A stretch of DNA of 61,333 nt, the filler included, from Stramenopiles sp. TOSAG23-2 (Eukaryota), in NCBI GenBank assembly GCA_900128395.1. It is 3 parts of 3 records of this genome, joined end to end, with 100 filler letters (N's around TTAATTAATTAA, not from the genome) between each part and the next. Parts side by side here need not be neighbours in the genome. Positions count along the whole stretch, not along the records: positions 20,640 to 41,039 come from LT649559.1; positions 41,140 to 61,333 come from LT649561.1; 1 more part is not named here. One strand, 5' to 3'. The notes under the pieces were generated by a model that was given only the letters and a program-made list of their open reading frames with translations, made no database searches and was not told where the DNA came from. Both the position numbers and the translations under genes were made by a program. Positions 32,634 to 44,900 of this stretch are shown here, one piece after another; position 1 is the first letter of the stretch; every line of letters starts with the position of its first letter.

Positions 32634-33808
32634 TTATTCATCAGTTGTAGCTTCACCTTCACCCTCATTTGTTGTCTCTTCCACCTGCTCTACTGCTGCT
32701 TCTTCTTCGTTTACTATTAATAATCGTTTTTTTTCAAGCGTTTGTGTCATATCTTCTAATTCTTTATTTATACGATCTTGTTCCTCTTGTACTTTCCCTC
32801 ATTTGTTGTCTCTTCCACCTGCTCTACTGCTGCTTCTTCTTCGTTTACTATTAATAATCGTTTTTTTTCAAGCGTTTGTGTCATATCTTCTAATTCTTTA
32901 TTTATACGATCTTGTTCCTCTTGTACTTTTTTATTAACTATTTCTTGTAAATGCTCAGGAAGTTCAATCATTTCCTCTTCTTCAACAACATCTGTTTTTC
33001 CTTCATCATCCATTTTATTTTCATCATTACTATTCATATTATCACTATCAATTACTTCTGAATTTTCCTCCACAACTTTTTTTGGCACCGGACGTGGTAC
33101 CTCAGTTGCAGCAATCAATGGAGTAGGACGCAATGGCGTTTCAACGACAACGTCTAATGGCAAACGCCTTAATTCTTGTTCTTGCGTAAATGCAACTTCA
33201 TATGCTTTATATTGACGGAAATACGTCGATGTCATGAAAACAGTAATTTTTTTCACTTCCTCCTTGTTAAAAACTTTCACACGTTCCGGTGCTTCTTCGA
33301 CACTATGTTGCATTACTAAATTATGAAATGCTTTATATGCATCATCGCGTTTTAAAAATGTGGCTGATGTTATCTTGGTAGTTTCATCACCTTTGCTTGC
33401 ATGAAATGTACGTTTTGCTATTGCAAAAAAACCTGACGTTTGTTCATCTGTAAACTTATTTTCTTGGCAAAATAAAACTGCATTTGCCATATAGTCAACA
33501 TATATATCCCCACGAACTTCATCGTTGTTTACGTTTAATATTTGTTTCACATAATTGCGACGGCGGGCCATCGTTGTATCCCCTACAATGTTTTCATCAT
33601 CGAATGTAATTTTACCACCGTCGCCTTTTTCATCTTCCGTTATATTTTCCTCAGGTCTACCAGGCATTATACGTGCTTGGTCTTCGTTTAAATCCACCCA
33701 TATTAATCCACGTTCTGGTTTCACAACTTCTTGTACGACTTCCTCCGTTGCTTCCACTACATTTTCCGCTTCCTCTCCTTCCACAATATTTTGTTCACTA
33801 TCTGACAT
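32634..33808 (-). CDS. CFAP119: Flagellar central-pair C1a-32 / CFAP119 (CLAMP family)-like protein
   Basis: FCQENKFTDEQTSGFF, LVMQHSV and TYFRQYKAYEVAF motifs. Collapsing a 134-bp duplication gives the ending ...NEGEGEATTDE* with the stop at 32634-32636. Confidence 0.75.
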
Positions 33809-34383
33809 TTTGTATATGTATATGTATCTTATATAATTGTTCTCGTATTGATCATATTGATTTATATTCTGTTCTATCTATTCCTGTCAATATGTACATA
33901 CATCAGTGTAGTATATTATATTTTCTTAAAACAATATAATTAGAATAATATATATCATATTGATTTATATTCTGTTCTATCTATTCCTGTCAATATGTAC
34001 ATACATCAGTGTAGTATATTATATTTTCTTAAAACAATATAATTAGAATAATATATATATAGTTATTAAAAAAACGGTTAATTGTTGGGAGATGCCTCTA
34101 ATTTGGCGATGTAGATAATACATAATGCTGTACTGTAGTCGAATCTACAATGGTATTGCAATGCTATTAAAATTTAAAATATTTTGTATTCTTATTAGCT
34201 TGTTTTTCTATCAATCCGTATACTTGACTAGAAAACCCCAAAAACCCACCACATACATTTCATACATATTTTAGATATGATCATGCCACATTATCATGCC
34301 ATTCCATTGCATTGCATTATACGTGTAGGCGCCTTGGTTCTTTCCTATCTTATTCAACATATTTTCCCGGCAGATTTTGAAAG

Positions 34384-35040
34384 ATGTGTTCTAAAACATG
34401 TTGTGAGAGTTTAAAGCTATGTTGGTCAGTAAAATCAAACATAGACGAGGCGAAAGAAAATTACGACCGGCATAAGGAATCAATTGATACAGTGAATAGT
34501 ATCCATTCTAGAAATAAAGAAAGGAAGCGGGGAAAGACGCTGGCGGGGAAGAAACGGCGATCGTTTAAAAAGGCAAAGAACAGAAACAATTGTTGTCCGA
34601 AATTGGCCGCTGTTTACCATGATTTTGTAAATACATACTCAGATGCAATTGTTATTTTAACTGCATTAATATCTGTCGCAGCATTTTATAATGATTTTAT
34701 TTCAGATATACAAGTTTTGGTTTTTATCTCAAATGTGCCAAACTACAATTGGATTGCCTTGATCATGTTTTTGTTCATGGCATGTCAATATTTTGTTGCT
34801 GTCTATGCAATTCAATCGTATCTAGAAGTTTGTGAAATTTCTCATATAGAAAATGTCTTTGGTTCGAAATGGATTAAATACCTTGTCGTAGAGGGAAAAA
34901 ATAATAATGATAATAACACTGTAGCAGCAAATTGTGGATTTGTTGTTGTATCACGTTCGTCACTTGCATCCAACGTATCCGCCAATTCGCCACTTGTAGC
35001 AGCAAATTGTGGATTAGTTGTCTTACCAACAACTGATTGA
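34384..35040 (+). CDS. N-terminal part of a membrane protein; the 3' part overlaps an antisense ORF and may be chimeric or truncated
   Basis: Two hydrophobic helices around FYNDFISDIQV; after about 34900 the minus strand (34842-35195) looks more coding. Confidence 0.45.
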   Translation: MCSKTCCESLKLCWSVKSNIDEAKENYDRHKESIDTVNSIHSRNKERKRGKTLAGKKRRSFKKAKNRNNCCPKLAAVYHDFVNTYSDAIVILTALISVAAFYNDFISDIQVLVFISNVPNYNWIALIMFLFMACQYFVAVYAIQSYLEVCEISHIENVFGSKWIKYLVVEGKNNNDNNTVAANCGFVVVSRSSLASNVSANSPLVAANCGLVVLPTTD

Positions 35041-35754
35041 ATCAAGGTATCACCTTTTTTCATTTGTAACTCCTTGCCTTGATCAAATACACTATGACTG
35101 GTTTTTAATCCATTTTTTTTTGGTATTTGAGGCTTGGTTTTTTTTGACGATACTAGCCGTCCTTGACGTAGTGCTTTTACTGAAGTGGAATTCATTTAAG
35201 GGTTTTTAGATGTATTTGTTTTGTCTGGATATATGTATATTCAATTATATGTTAACGTTTATATGTTTAAGGATATGTTTCTTCTTGTGCAATGTTTCTT
35301 TGATATATATATATATGTATCTATTATATGTTTGTAAAATACAGGTACCTATTTCGATATATATATGTATACACATACGAAATATGCTGGTAACCTGTGT
35401 GTGATAAAAATTATCGCTGATAATGTTTTTCACTTAGAAAGTGTTAGTGTTATTCCAATGCTAATGGATATTTTTTATTCGTTATTAATATTGGTGCACT
35501 TGCCTTAAATGACTGTTACTAGTTACTGTTAATTCTATTCCCTTGTTAAAGTTAAAAGTATCAGTTGATTTAATGCTGTTGTCAAGTATGGTACAGGTAT
35601 TAAAATGAAAAAATGAGTGTGCTACGATGGTAACTTTTATGATGTGGTAGGTGGTAGTAGATGCATCCTGTATTGTATAGTATACAGGAGGATATCTGTA
35701 CAAGATGCAGAAAACACTACATACATAAAGGTATACTTATATTTTTTGCTTTCC

Positions 35755-35924
35755 AAAAAAGGCGGAAAATAATCCAAAAGTTTTAACCCAAAAAAAAGTA
35801 CATTTCATGCGTTTTATTTTTCCAAAATGCAAAGTTTGGCCTAACTTTGCATTTTGGAAAAATACAACGCATGAAATGTACTTTTTTTTGGGTTAAAACT
35901 TTTGGATTATTTTCCGCCTTTTTT
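35755..35924. repeat. 170-bp near-perfect palindrome
   Basis: 85-bp arms centred at 35839/35840, no spacer, 2 mismatches, no indels. Confidence 0.95.
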
Positions 35925-37367
35925 TTTTGCTTTTTTTGTTTCATTAGAGTGCTGTATGCCATTGAGGAAAATGGTAACACTCGGGGATAATCTATGTCAT
36001 CTTCATATAATAAAATCGTCGAAACAGATGTATAATATAACGAAAAAACAAATTTAAGGATTTGTATCAATTTAAGGAATGTCGCTAAAACTCCCTTTGA
36101 CTGTGAAAATCTTAATCTAAATTAAAATCTAAATCTAAATTAACGTTGGTGTTAATAATATAATAAAACCTTAAAAAAGATATTATTATCGATGAAGTGA
36201 TAATATTCTACTTTGAGATAGATAGATTAAGATAGATGGATTAAGACAGGTAGATAGATAGACTAAGATAAGATCTAAAATCATTGCAAAGAAAATGGCG
36301 ATGTGACCGAAGGAAGCAAAAGAGTTCGCCGCAGATGATGGAGTAAACATAAAATATATTTTTTGATAAAGGTCATGATAAGGAAAATCCTGAACAACAT
36401 ACTGTTGTATTATAATACATTAGTTTAACGTCACTCTTGCATTAAATTTTCATTTACTAATTTTGAATGATCTCGTGCACGCTTCGTTTCATGTTGTAAT
36501 GATTTTAATCGATTTACCTCAATATCGTAATTAGCAATTTTTGTTGCCAATTCTTCGATTCGTTGTTTGTAATTTAAATACAATGCATTTGTTTTATTAT
36601 AATGTTGTTTGATGTTATGAAGTTGATATTGTTTCTGCAAATAAAACTTTCATACTAAATAACATACAATCACATTGAATTTTTGAACATGGTTAAACTC
36701 AATTGTTCCATTGCTAAATCGAAAAATATAGTTCTAGATCCATTTTGTAACACCGTTAATGATTTCAAGCTATATTTGAACCGTGTTGAAATATTTATAC
36801 GTATTTATGGATGATATTTTTTATTTATTTAAAAAAGCAAAAAAAAAAAAAAATAAATAAAACCGGACACGCAAACAAAAAAAAAAGTGTGTGATGAAAT
36901 GAATTTGAATGAATCAATCACAGGACAAGAAGAATATATTATATTATGTATTATGCCAATGGGAATTGCTCTGTGTGATGTACACATACATTTGTTTTCT
37001 ATAATATCTTCTATATTCATCTTTATTAACTTATTATTTTACTTACAATTTGATTATTACCAACACTATACTTATACTGTGCCACTGGTGGTAGTATTAT
37101 AGGTACATAGTAGGTGCTGTTTGTTGCCAGCTGGCCCAGCTGGCCCCAAGTAATAATTAATAGTATAATAATAGCTATAAATAATAGTGGTGTGCAATTT
37201 ATAATATACGTTGTTGTTGTGAAATAATATGATGACGTTGGAACAAAAATATATACAGATAAAAATGTATAAATATATTGATAATAGAAGGTACAAAGTA
37301 AAGAAAATATAGAAAATATAGAAAAGGTATATATATATATAAATACATACACATAGACATTAACAAC

Positions 37368-38837
37368 ATGGCATCATTAACTATTAACCCACCACCAGCA
37401 AAAAGACTGAAGACATCAGGAAATACACAAGATAACAATACATTGTCAAAAATATCGTTAGTACCATTTATTGATGATTTTATTAATACAATGTGTGATA
37501 AACTATCACCTAACGGCATCCATGGTGAGCTTACACCAGAAGTCAAGAATGATGTTTTAGAACGAATGGAAGCAATAATGCATCTTAAAGTGTCACAACA
37601 GCAAAATAAACGTTGTTTTGGTGACTTTTCAAAACTACCTGGTATTGATGATATATGTGTAAAAACTATTATACCATATCTTGGTAACGATGGTCAAGCG
37701 TTAATGAATATGTTTGGAAAAACAACCAAACGATTTTTAACTGTATCAACAATACATGATGTATATAATAGTAATATTTCGAATTGTTATAAAAAGGTTT
37801 TAAATCGCTTGAATGTTCGTTATAAAACTGAATTTCCAAAGGGCACTCCATTTTTATGTGCATGTGAAAACGGGTTTTTAGAGGATGTGAAATTATTTAT
37901 TACATGCATGAAGCATATTAATAATAATAATATGACATTGAAAGATATGGTGAGTCAACTCGGTAAAAATAGTGATGGTGATGAATATACACCGTTAATA
38001 GAATCTATATTTTGTCAGCATTTCCATGTAGCTAAATATCTAATTGAACACGGTGAAGCAGATCCTAATATTGCGGATAGTATTGGATGGAATGCATTAC
38101 ATTATGCAACAGGTCGGAACAGAAGGGATACTGAGTTGATTCAAATGTTATTAACACATATGTCTCTTGATAATATTAATATGACTGATTCCGAGGAGGG
38201 AGAGACCCCCCTGGACAGGATATATCATCATAATGATAGTCCAATTCGCCACGAGATCATTGCACTTTTACGGTCAAAAGGTGGAAAAGCAAATTGTTAT
38301 GATGTACATGGTAGAAATGTAGGAAAAGGTAATGGTAATTTAAATGTTGGACGGCATGCAGTGATAACAGGATCCGATATAGAAGTTGTACGTGAAGCAT
38401 TGACTACAATTGATGATATCAATGAAATGAATGATGATGGGCAAACTGTATTAGATCTTGCATATTGTTATAATGATAGTCCAATTAGTAAGCAAGAGAT
38501 CATTGCACTTTTACGGTCAAAAGGTGGAAAAGCAAATTGTTATGATGTACATGGTAGAAATGTAGGAAAAGGTAATGGTAATTTAAATGTTGGACGGCAT
38601 GCAGTGATAACAGGATCCGATATAGAAGTTGTACGTGAAGCATTGACTACAATTGATGATATCAATGAAATGAATGATGATGGGCAAACTGTATTAGATC
38701 TTGCATATTGTTATAATGATAGTCCAATTAGTAAGCAAGAGATCATTGCACTTTTACGGTCAAAAGGTGGAAAAGCAAATTGTTATGATGTACATGGTAG
38801 ACATGTAGGAGAAGGTAATGGTGATTTAAACGATTAA
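37368..38837 (+). CDS. NLS / F-box-like / ankyrin-repeat protein, intact
   Basis: 489-aa ORF with PPAKRLK, FSKLPGIDDICVKTIIPYL..KTTKRF, ankyrin motifs and 81-aa tandem units. Confidence 0.88.
   Translation: MASLTINPPPAKRLKTSGNTQDNNTLSKISLVPFIDDFINTMCDKLSPNGIHGELTPEVKNDVLERMEAIMHLKVSQQQNKRCFGDFSKLPGIDDICVKTIIPYLGNDGQALMNMFGKTTKRFLTVSTIHDVYNSNISNCYKKVLNRLNVRYKTEFPKGTPFLCACENGFLEDVKLFITCMKHINNNNMTLKDMVSQLGKNSDGDEYTPLIESIFCQHFHVAKYLIEHGEADPNIADSIGWNALHYATGRNRRDTELIQMLLTHMSLDNINMTDSEEGETPLDRIYHHNDSPIRHEIIALLRSKGGKANCYDVHGRNVGKGNGNLNVGRHAVITGSDIEVVREALTTIDDINEMNDDGQTVLDLAYCYNDSPISKQEIIALLRSKGGKANCYDVHGRNVGKGNGNLNVGRHAVITGSDIEVVREALTTIDDINEMNDDGQTVLDLAYCYNDSPISKQEIIALLRSKGGKANCYDVHGRHVGEGNGDLND
38253..38830 (+). 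repeat. 243-bp coding tandem repeat (two identical units plus a partial third)
   Basis: GAGATCATTGCACTTTTA begins at 38253, 38496 and 38739. Confidence 0.92.
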
Positions 38838-38980
38838 AATTCTTTGCTTCAATTTTATGCTCTTATAAAAATTGAAATTATCTCTCTTATTTTTTCTTTA
38901 GTGTTTAGGAAGAGTTAGAGTATTATATTTAACGTTTCATACGATTTCTGTTCAGACATTTCGACATCGTTGTCTTTTGA

Positions 38981-41039
38981 TCAATTTGCATTATTCTTTT
39001 CACTTGCATCAACACCTACTTTAGCTAATACCATTGCTGCTGTTTTTTTTGCAGTACGATCTAATGCATTCCCGGATTTACGTTTGCTACCAACAGTTAA
39101 TGTTGTCTCTTCCGGTTCATGTTTGCTACCAGCAGTTGATGTACCCATTTCAACATTGTCTTTTGTTTCATCTACAGGTTGCACTGCATTTCCCAACATT
39201 TCATGCAAAACCGTCACTGCTCTCTTTACTAACTCTTTGGCAACCCGCATTGTAACTTGTACCATTAACCGACAATTATTATGATGTAGTGAAAATGCCA
39301 TCACAATTGATTGCTTGGAGCACCAATCTTGGTGCATGGCACAACTGCTTTGAGTATTAGCAAACACTTTTGTAACTCGATAGCCATGCATGTGTGCGAG
39401 ATTGTGGTAATAATCCAAAAGCATGCATGTTCCTAACCCAGATCCACATGGATAATATTTTATCGTTTGGATATTCCCCCGTTTAACCGATTCTTTTTGT
39501 ACTTGTTTTGCATCTGTTGCGTTTAAATATTCTTCCGTAACTTTAGTTATTACTGAGTAACCAGTATCTAATATTTCAAAGGCCAATGCCTTTACTCTGG
39601 TGTTCCTTGTGAAGCCGTCTTCATCTTCATAAGTAGATGGGTACAAATCCTGTATGCTGTCGCAGCAATTTTCTTTCTTCAAAACATCGAAAATTATGTT
39701 CATCAAGTTTACAATTGGTTCCACAACACCTTTTTCATAATTTGTTGATGTACATAAACCCCTGTATGATACTTTTGGCACTAATAAATATGCACCATTT
39801 TTGTGAATGGCATTCGTTGCCCCTGTTTCTTTTGCATTTTTGATTCCCGCCCATATTTTCGTGTTTGTCGTTATATACGTGTGCAGTTTTGCTAACGATC
39901 TTGAAATATCTGGTGTTAATTGAAGAATTAAAGGCCCATTGGTCTTTATCGCACTTTGCTCGACAGTGGATAAACTTTGGTAATATACATGGCGTGCAGC
40001 AACTTGCCAGTTATTTCCAAACTTCCCGGCTGCCTTCTTCTTCGCCTTTAGCTCCTCGGCTGCCTTCTTATATTTCCTCACTAACTCTGTTTCACCAGCA
40101 TATATAATATCTAACAAATAGTCTATAATTTCTTTGTGTTTGTCTGCTGCTTTTAAAGGTGTACATCTACAACCACGACTATTTCTACCTTCTTGATTCA
40201 CATATTCTTTCGATGTCATATTATTATTATTATTATTACCATTCCCATCATTACGATGAGTAATCAATAATTTCACATCCTCAAAACGTCCTTTAGAAGC
40301 AGCAACAGACCAAGCTTTGATTCACGTATGCTTTCAATGTCATATTATTATTATTATTATTATTACCATTCCCATCATTACGATGAGTAATCAATAATTT
40401 CACATCCTCAAAACGTCCTTTTTGACAAGCACATACTAATGGCGTACCGTGTGGAAATTCTTTTTTATATTTCCTCACTATACTGCATGGAAATTTTTTT
40501 TTATATTTCCACACTAACTCTGTTTCACCAGCATATATAATATCTAACAAATAGTCAATAATAGCATGGTCTGTTGCTGCTTCTAAAGGTGTACATTCGC
40601 ACCCACGACTATCTTTACCTTCTTGATTCACGTATGCTTTCAATGTCATATTATTATTATTACCATTACTACCATTCCCATCATTCCCATCATTACAATG
40701 AGTAATCAATAATTTCACATCCTCAAAACGTCCTTTTTGACAAGCACATACTAATGGCGTACCGTGTGGAAATTCTTTTTTATATTTTCTCACTATACCG
40801 CATGGAAATTCTTTTTTATATTTTCTCACTAACTCTGTTTCATCAGCATATGCAATATCTACCAAATAGTCAATAATAGCTTGGTCTGTTGCTGCTTCTA
40901 AAGGTGTATATTCGCACCCACGACTATCTTTACCGACTTGATTCACGTATGCTTTCAATGTCATATTATTATTATTACCATTACTACCATTCCCATCATT
41001 ACGATGAGTAATCAATAATTTCACATCCTCAAAACGTCC
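38981..41039 (-). CDS. Ankyrin-module repeat protein with an unrelated ~360-aa C-terminal domain; 5'-truncated by the contig end and interrupted near 40290-40316
   Basis: Repeated YKKEFPHGTPLVCACQKGRFEDVKLLIT...YVNQ.GKDSRG...TPL, homologous to the first ankyrin module of the F-box-like family. Confidence 0.75.
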
Positions 41040-41139
41040 NNNNNNNNNNNNNNNNNNNNNNNNNNNNNNNNNNNNNNNNNNNNTTAATTAATTAANNNNN
41101 NNNNNNNNNNNNNNNNNNNNNNNNNNNNNNNNNNNNNNN
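41040..41139. other. Artificial contig-joining spacer
   Basis: N44-TTAATTAATTAA-N44. Confidence 0.97.
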
Positions 41140-41955
41140 TATTCTTTTAGTATAAATTAACCCTATTTATCCAAATATCGTTAAATTTTTATTTTTTTTT
41201 TCTAACGATTGTTTTCGTCAATATTACTACAGAATTTCCTATAATAATCCCCTTGTATTTTTAATAATTGTCGAATTTTGTTCGTGCCGAAATTGATTTC
41301 GGCACGTCCGAAAAAAAGACACTCATACACTCCATCCAAAGCGGACATTTGACATACAAAATGATATTAACAAAGTCCACTTTGTTAATAGAATCGAATA
41401 GAGCAAATTCTACAGAAAATCCCAGAGAAAAAAAAATAAATACAAAATGTTTTACGAACGAGTAAAGTCATGGCACGCAAAATTATTTTTTGTGCCGAAA
41501 TTCATTTCGGCAAAAATTGATAAAAAATAAAACTAATTATAATTAAAATTTTGTGGCACCCGTTTTTTTTCACGTGCCACCTCGTTTTTCCTATATATGA
41601 TTTTTGCTGTGTACTAGACACTACTAGTGCATAGTTACCTGCTAAAAGTGATATCCCCACTATGAGATATCATAATATATATGATACCTATTTCTGGCTA
41701 TGTTATATTATGTCATATTATATATAATACAAGTGCACAACGCGTATATATATATATTCTTCTTCGTTTTTACCATCTCTAATTTATAATTCTTCACCTG
41801 TGTAATTATTCATATATTCAAAGAATGAAAATTCTGCACCATCAAGTCCATACTTATATACGAACCTACTAGCTATGTAATACCCAAATACACTTTTAAC
41901 GTAATCTTCTGGTAATCTTATATATATATTCTTCTTCGTTTTTACCATCTCTAAT

Positions 41956-44900
41956 TTATAATTCTTCACCTGTGTAATTATTCATATATTCAAAGAATGA
42001 AAATTCTGCACCATCAAGTCCATACTTATATACGAACCTACTAGCTATGTAATACCCAAATACGCTTTTAACGTAATCTTCTGGTAATCTTTCTAACAAA
42101 GTATCTAAACCAAATTCATCTTGTAATGCTTTTGGAAATGCTTTTGTTAAAACTGATTTTCGTATTTCAATATTATTCCATAAACTTGAATTTTGCACAT
42201 CAACGTTTAAATCATTAATTTTAGTACTAAGTACATCAGTTAATACTGCGCGTTGCTCACCAGTTCTTTCATGTTCAATCCACAAACAATTAAATTCCAA
42301 TCGTGCATTTTCTTCAATTACCATAATAACTTCTTCCACATATCTGTTGTAAAAGTCTGGGAATTCGCCATTTTTTACTTGCATTAAATTACTATGCTCT
42401 TCATCCGTCATACATAATGCAGCTAACACTTCCATTGAACTGGATGTTACCCCACCTTTATTAGTTGAAGCATCTTTGAACAGAATGACACCTTGCTCCT
42501 CTAAGGTTGCCCTCGCATCTTCCGTAATAAATAAATTGGCGCCTTCTACAATATATTTATACATGCAATTGCCATTTTCATCAAATAATTCTTTCACGTT
42601 ACCTGCATTGATACTTTCGGGCCGTCCACCGCAAGGTACAAATAAATCTGCTTTTGCAAATTTTGACATATGAAAATTATTTCTAAAAGTTAAGCCGTTA
42701 TCAACAATCGAACCATCTGGTAATGTAACATCAGTTTCATTGACTAATATTAATGCACCATCTTTTGATAACTTGCTTTTATCAAAATGTTCAACCATTA
42801 ATCGTTCAGTAGCAAGCCTAGTCATCTCCTCACGATCAATACCATTTGGATCCATCAACGTACCGCTACCATCAACTATACCAATAGTATTATCTTTTGA
42901 AATTAAAATTTCATTAGATCCTAAATCACCATCTGGTCCACCTGTTTGCATTTTAGTTACGGTGGATTCGTCTATACCAAGACGATCTAGTGTTCCAACG
43001 ACATATTCATGAACCGATCGAGTCGTCATACCATACGTATCATGGGGTATTCCACCCATCGTATTTGGTTTTCCTGTAGTAAATGCTTTCCAATATGGAT
43101 ATCCCCGACCTTTGCCATAAAATGCGGCCCATTCCATAACATCAGCAGTGCCTTCATCTGGACCACAGAAAATTAATTCTTCTTTCCCATGATGATCAAC
43201 GACTCTGCCATTTGGACTTGGCAAGATGACATCAAATAAACCTGAAACATATTTAGAAAATGCATAGTTGCCACTTTGTTGACAATTACGTTCTAACAAT
43301 ATAGTACCCTTCGAGCCAAACTCCGGAATGTCTTTATTCTTTTTATTTTGCGTATATGCTAAATTATAATTTTCAGTAAAAAGCGATTCGCGATTTTTAG
43401 TATATGCAGCTGCATCGCGAGATGGAATCAATCGTAATCCACCACGTGCGACTTCCCTAAAGCGTACGTGAAATCCTCGAAATTCATTTGATAAAATCAT
43501 AAAGATACCATACGGAGCCATTGGATAAATTGAATTTTCATCAATAAATTTCGTGTTCAAACGGTACGATAATGTACTTTTTTCTCTTACATAAAAATTT
43601 GTTTTTTCTATATTTTGATTGAATGATAAAAATGCATACAAAATTTTACGATCAAGCTCATCGAATACCTCTTTTTCAATTGTATTTTTCAATTCATTTG
43701 AAAATTCTGGGGTATTCTTTGGACCCTCCGGATCATGTGAATCAGAAAAATTCTTAAATATTTGTTTCATTAAATCAGGATATTGACGAACTGTCTCATC
43801 AATTCTTGATACGGATAATGCTGCACGCGATAAATTCGCACTAATACGCTCTAGCCTACCAGCGTTGACCGGATCCCTTTTAAGTGCATCACGCAATAAA
43901 TTTAAATCTTCACTCTCATTCTCCAAGAAATAAAATGCAAAATTTGTTGCGCCTAATGTATAAGCGTATTCATTTGCGGTAAATGTTTGATCAATCAATA
44001 GGTTGATTAAATCACTTCGGGGTAAGATGGATAGCAAGCCAATACGATCTAGAAACCTTTCAATTTCGGCATCATCATCTGGGTTCTTATTTTCTAAATA
44101 TAAATTGTAAAATATCAATCCATTTGACAAGGTATTCATATACTTTCTTCTTGCAATTAATTTTTCACCTAATAATTCCGTAATAATAGTATTCAACCCC
44201 CGTTCACGATTTCTCACACCGCCACTACCAAACGTTTTGCTAATAATGGAGCTGCCTTCTTCACTTTGATAATCTAAGTTTTCTGTCGGATCCGTTACAG
44301 ATCGCATCCCAATGACAACTGGCACTGTTCCATCTTCCTGTTCTTCATAACGCTCAACATATGGTCTTAATTGATTCAACTTTGCATCAATAATATTTTG
44401 ATAACGTTCTAAAACAAATTCACTGCGGTTTAAGAATCCATCAGACGTAATCTTTGATAGATCACGCTCCATAATATCAACACTATGCTCCCGGTAATCT
44501 TCCACATCTACGATGTATACTGCTAATCTATCATCCCAATATGGTGCAGCAAAATTATTGGATATCCAACGTGAGGAAGATAAACATTTATTTTGTGCTT
44601 TTGTTTGCGTACGTAAATCATCTAAAATTTGTTCTGCATCCGATATTTCCGTTCCGTATACAAATTGGCGCGTATTGCACATCATAACTACACCATTACC
44701 ATCAACATTAGGCAATGATATTTGTATTGAGTTACGATTCAACGATCTTGCGCTTGTATATGCAGATATATGTCTAGCAATTTCATTAGGAGTAAAACGA
44801 TCAAAATATGAATTGCTCAAGCCTAATTGATTGTAAAACCAATCAACACTTTCCAAATTCAAAGATGCATGGAAGGTACCCATTTCACGTAAACGCATAT

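Noticed and set aside
36431-36815. Coiled-coil-like minus-strand ORF fragment
   Set aside because: No ATG, stops in the upstream frames and no recognisable family; at most a decayed remnant.
38253-38830. CRISPR-like array or DGR template/variable repeat pair
   Set aside because: The repeats are contiguous coding units without spacers, differences are not confined to adenines, and no reverse transcriptase or cas gene is present.
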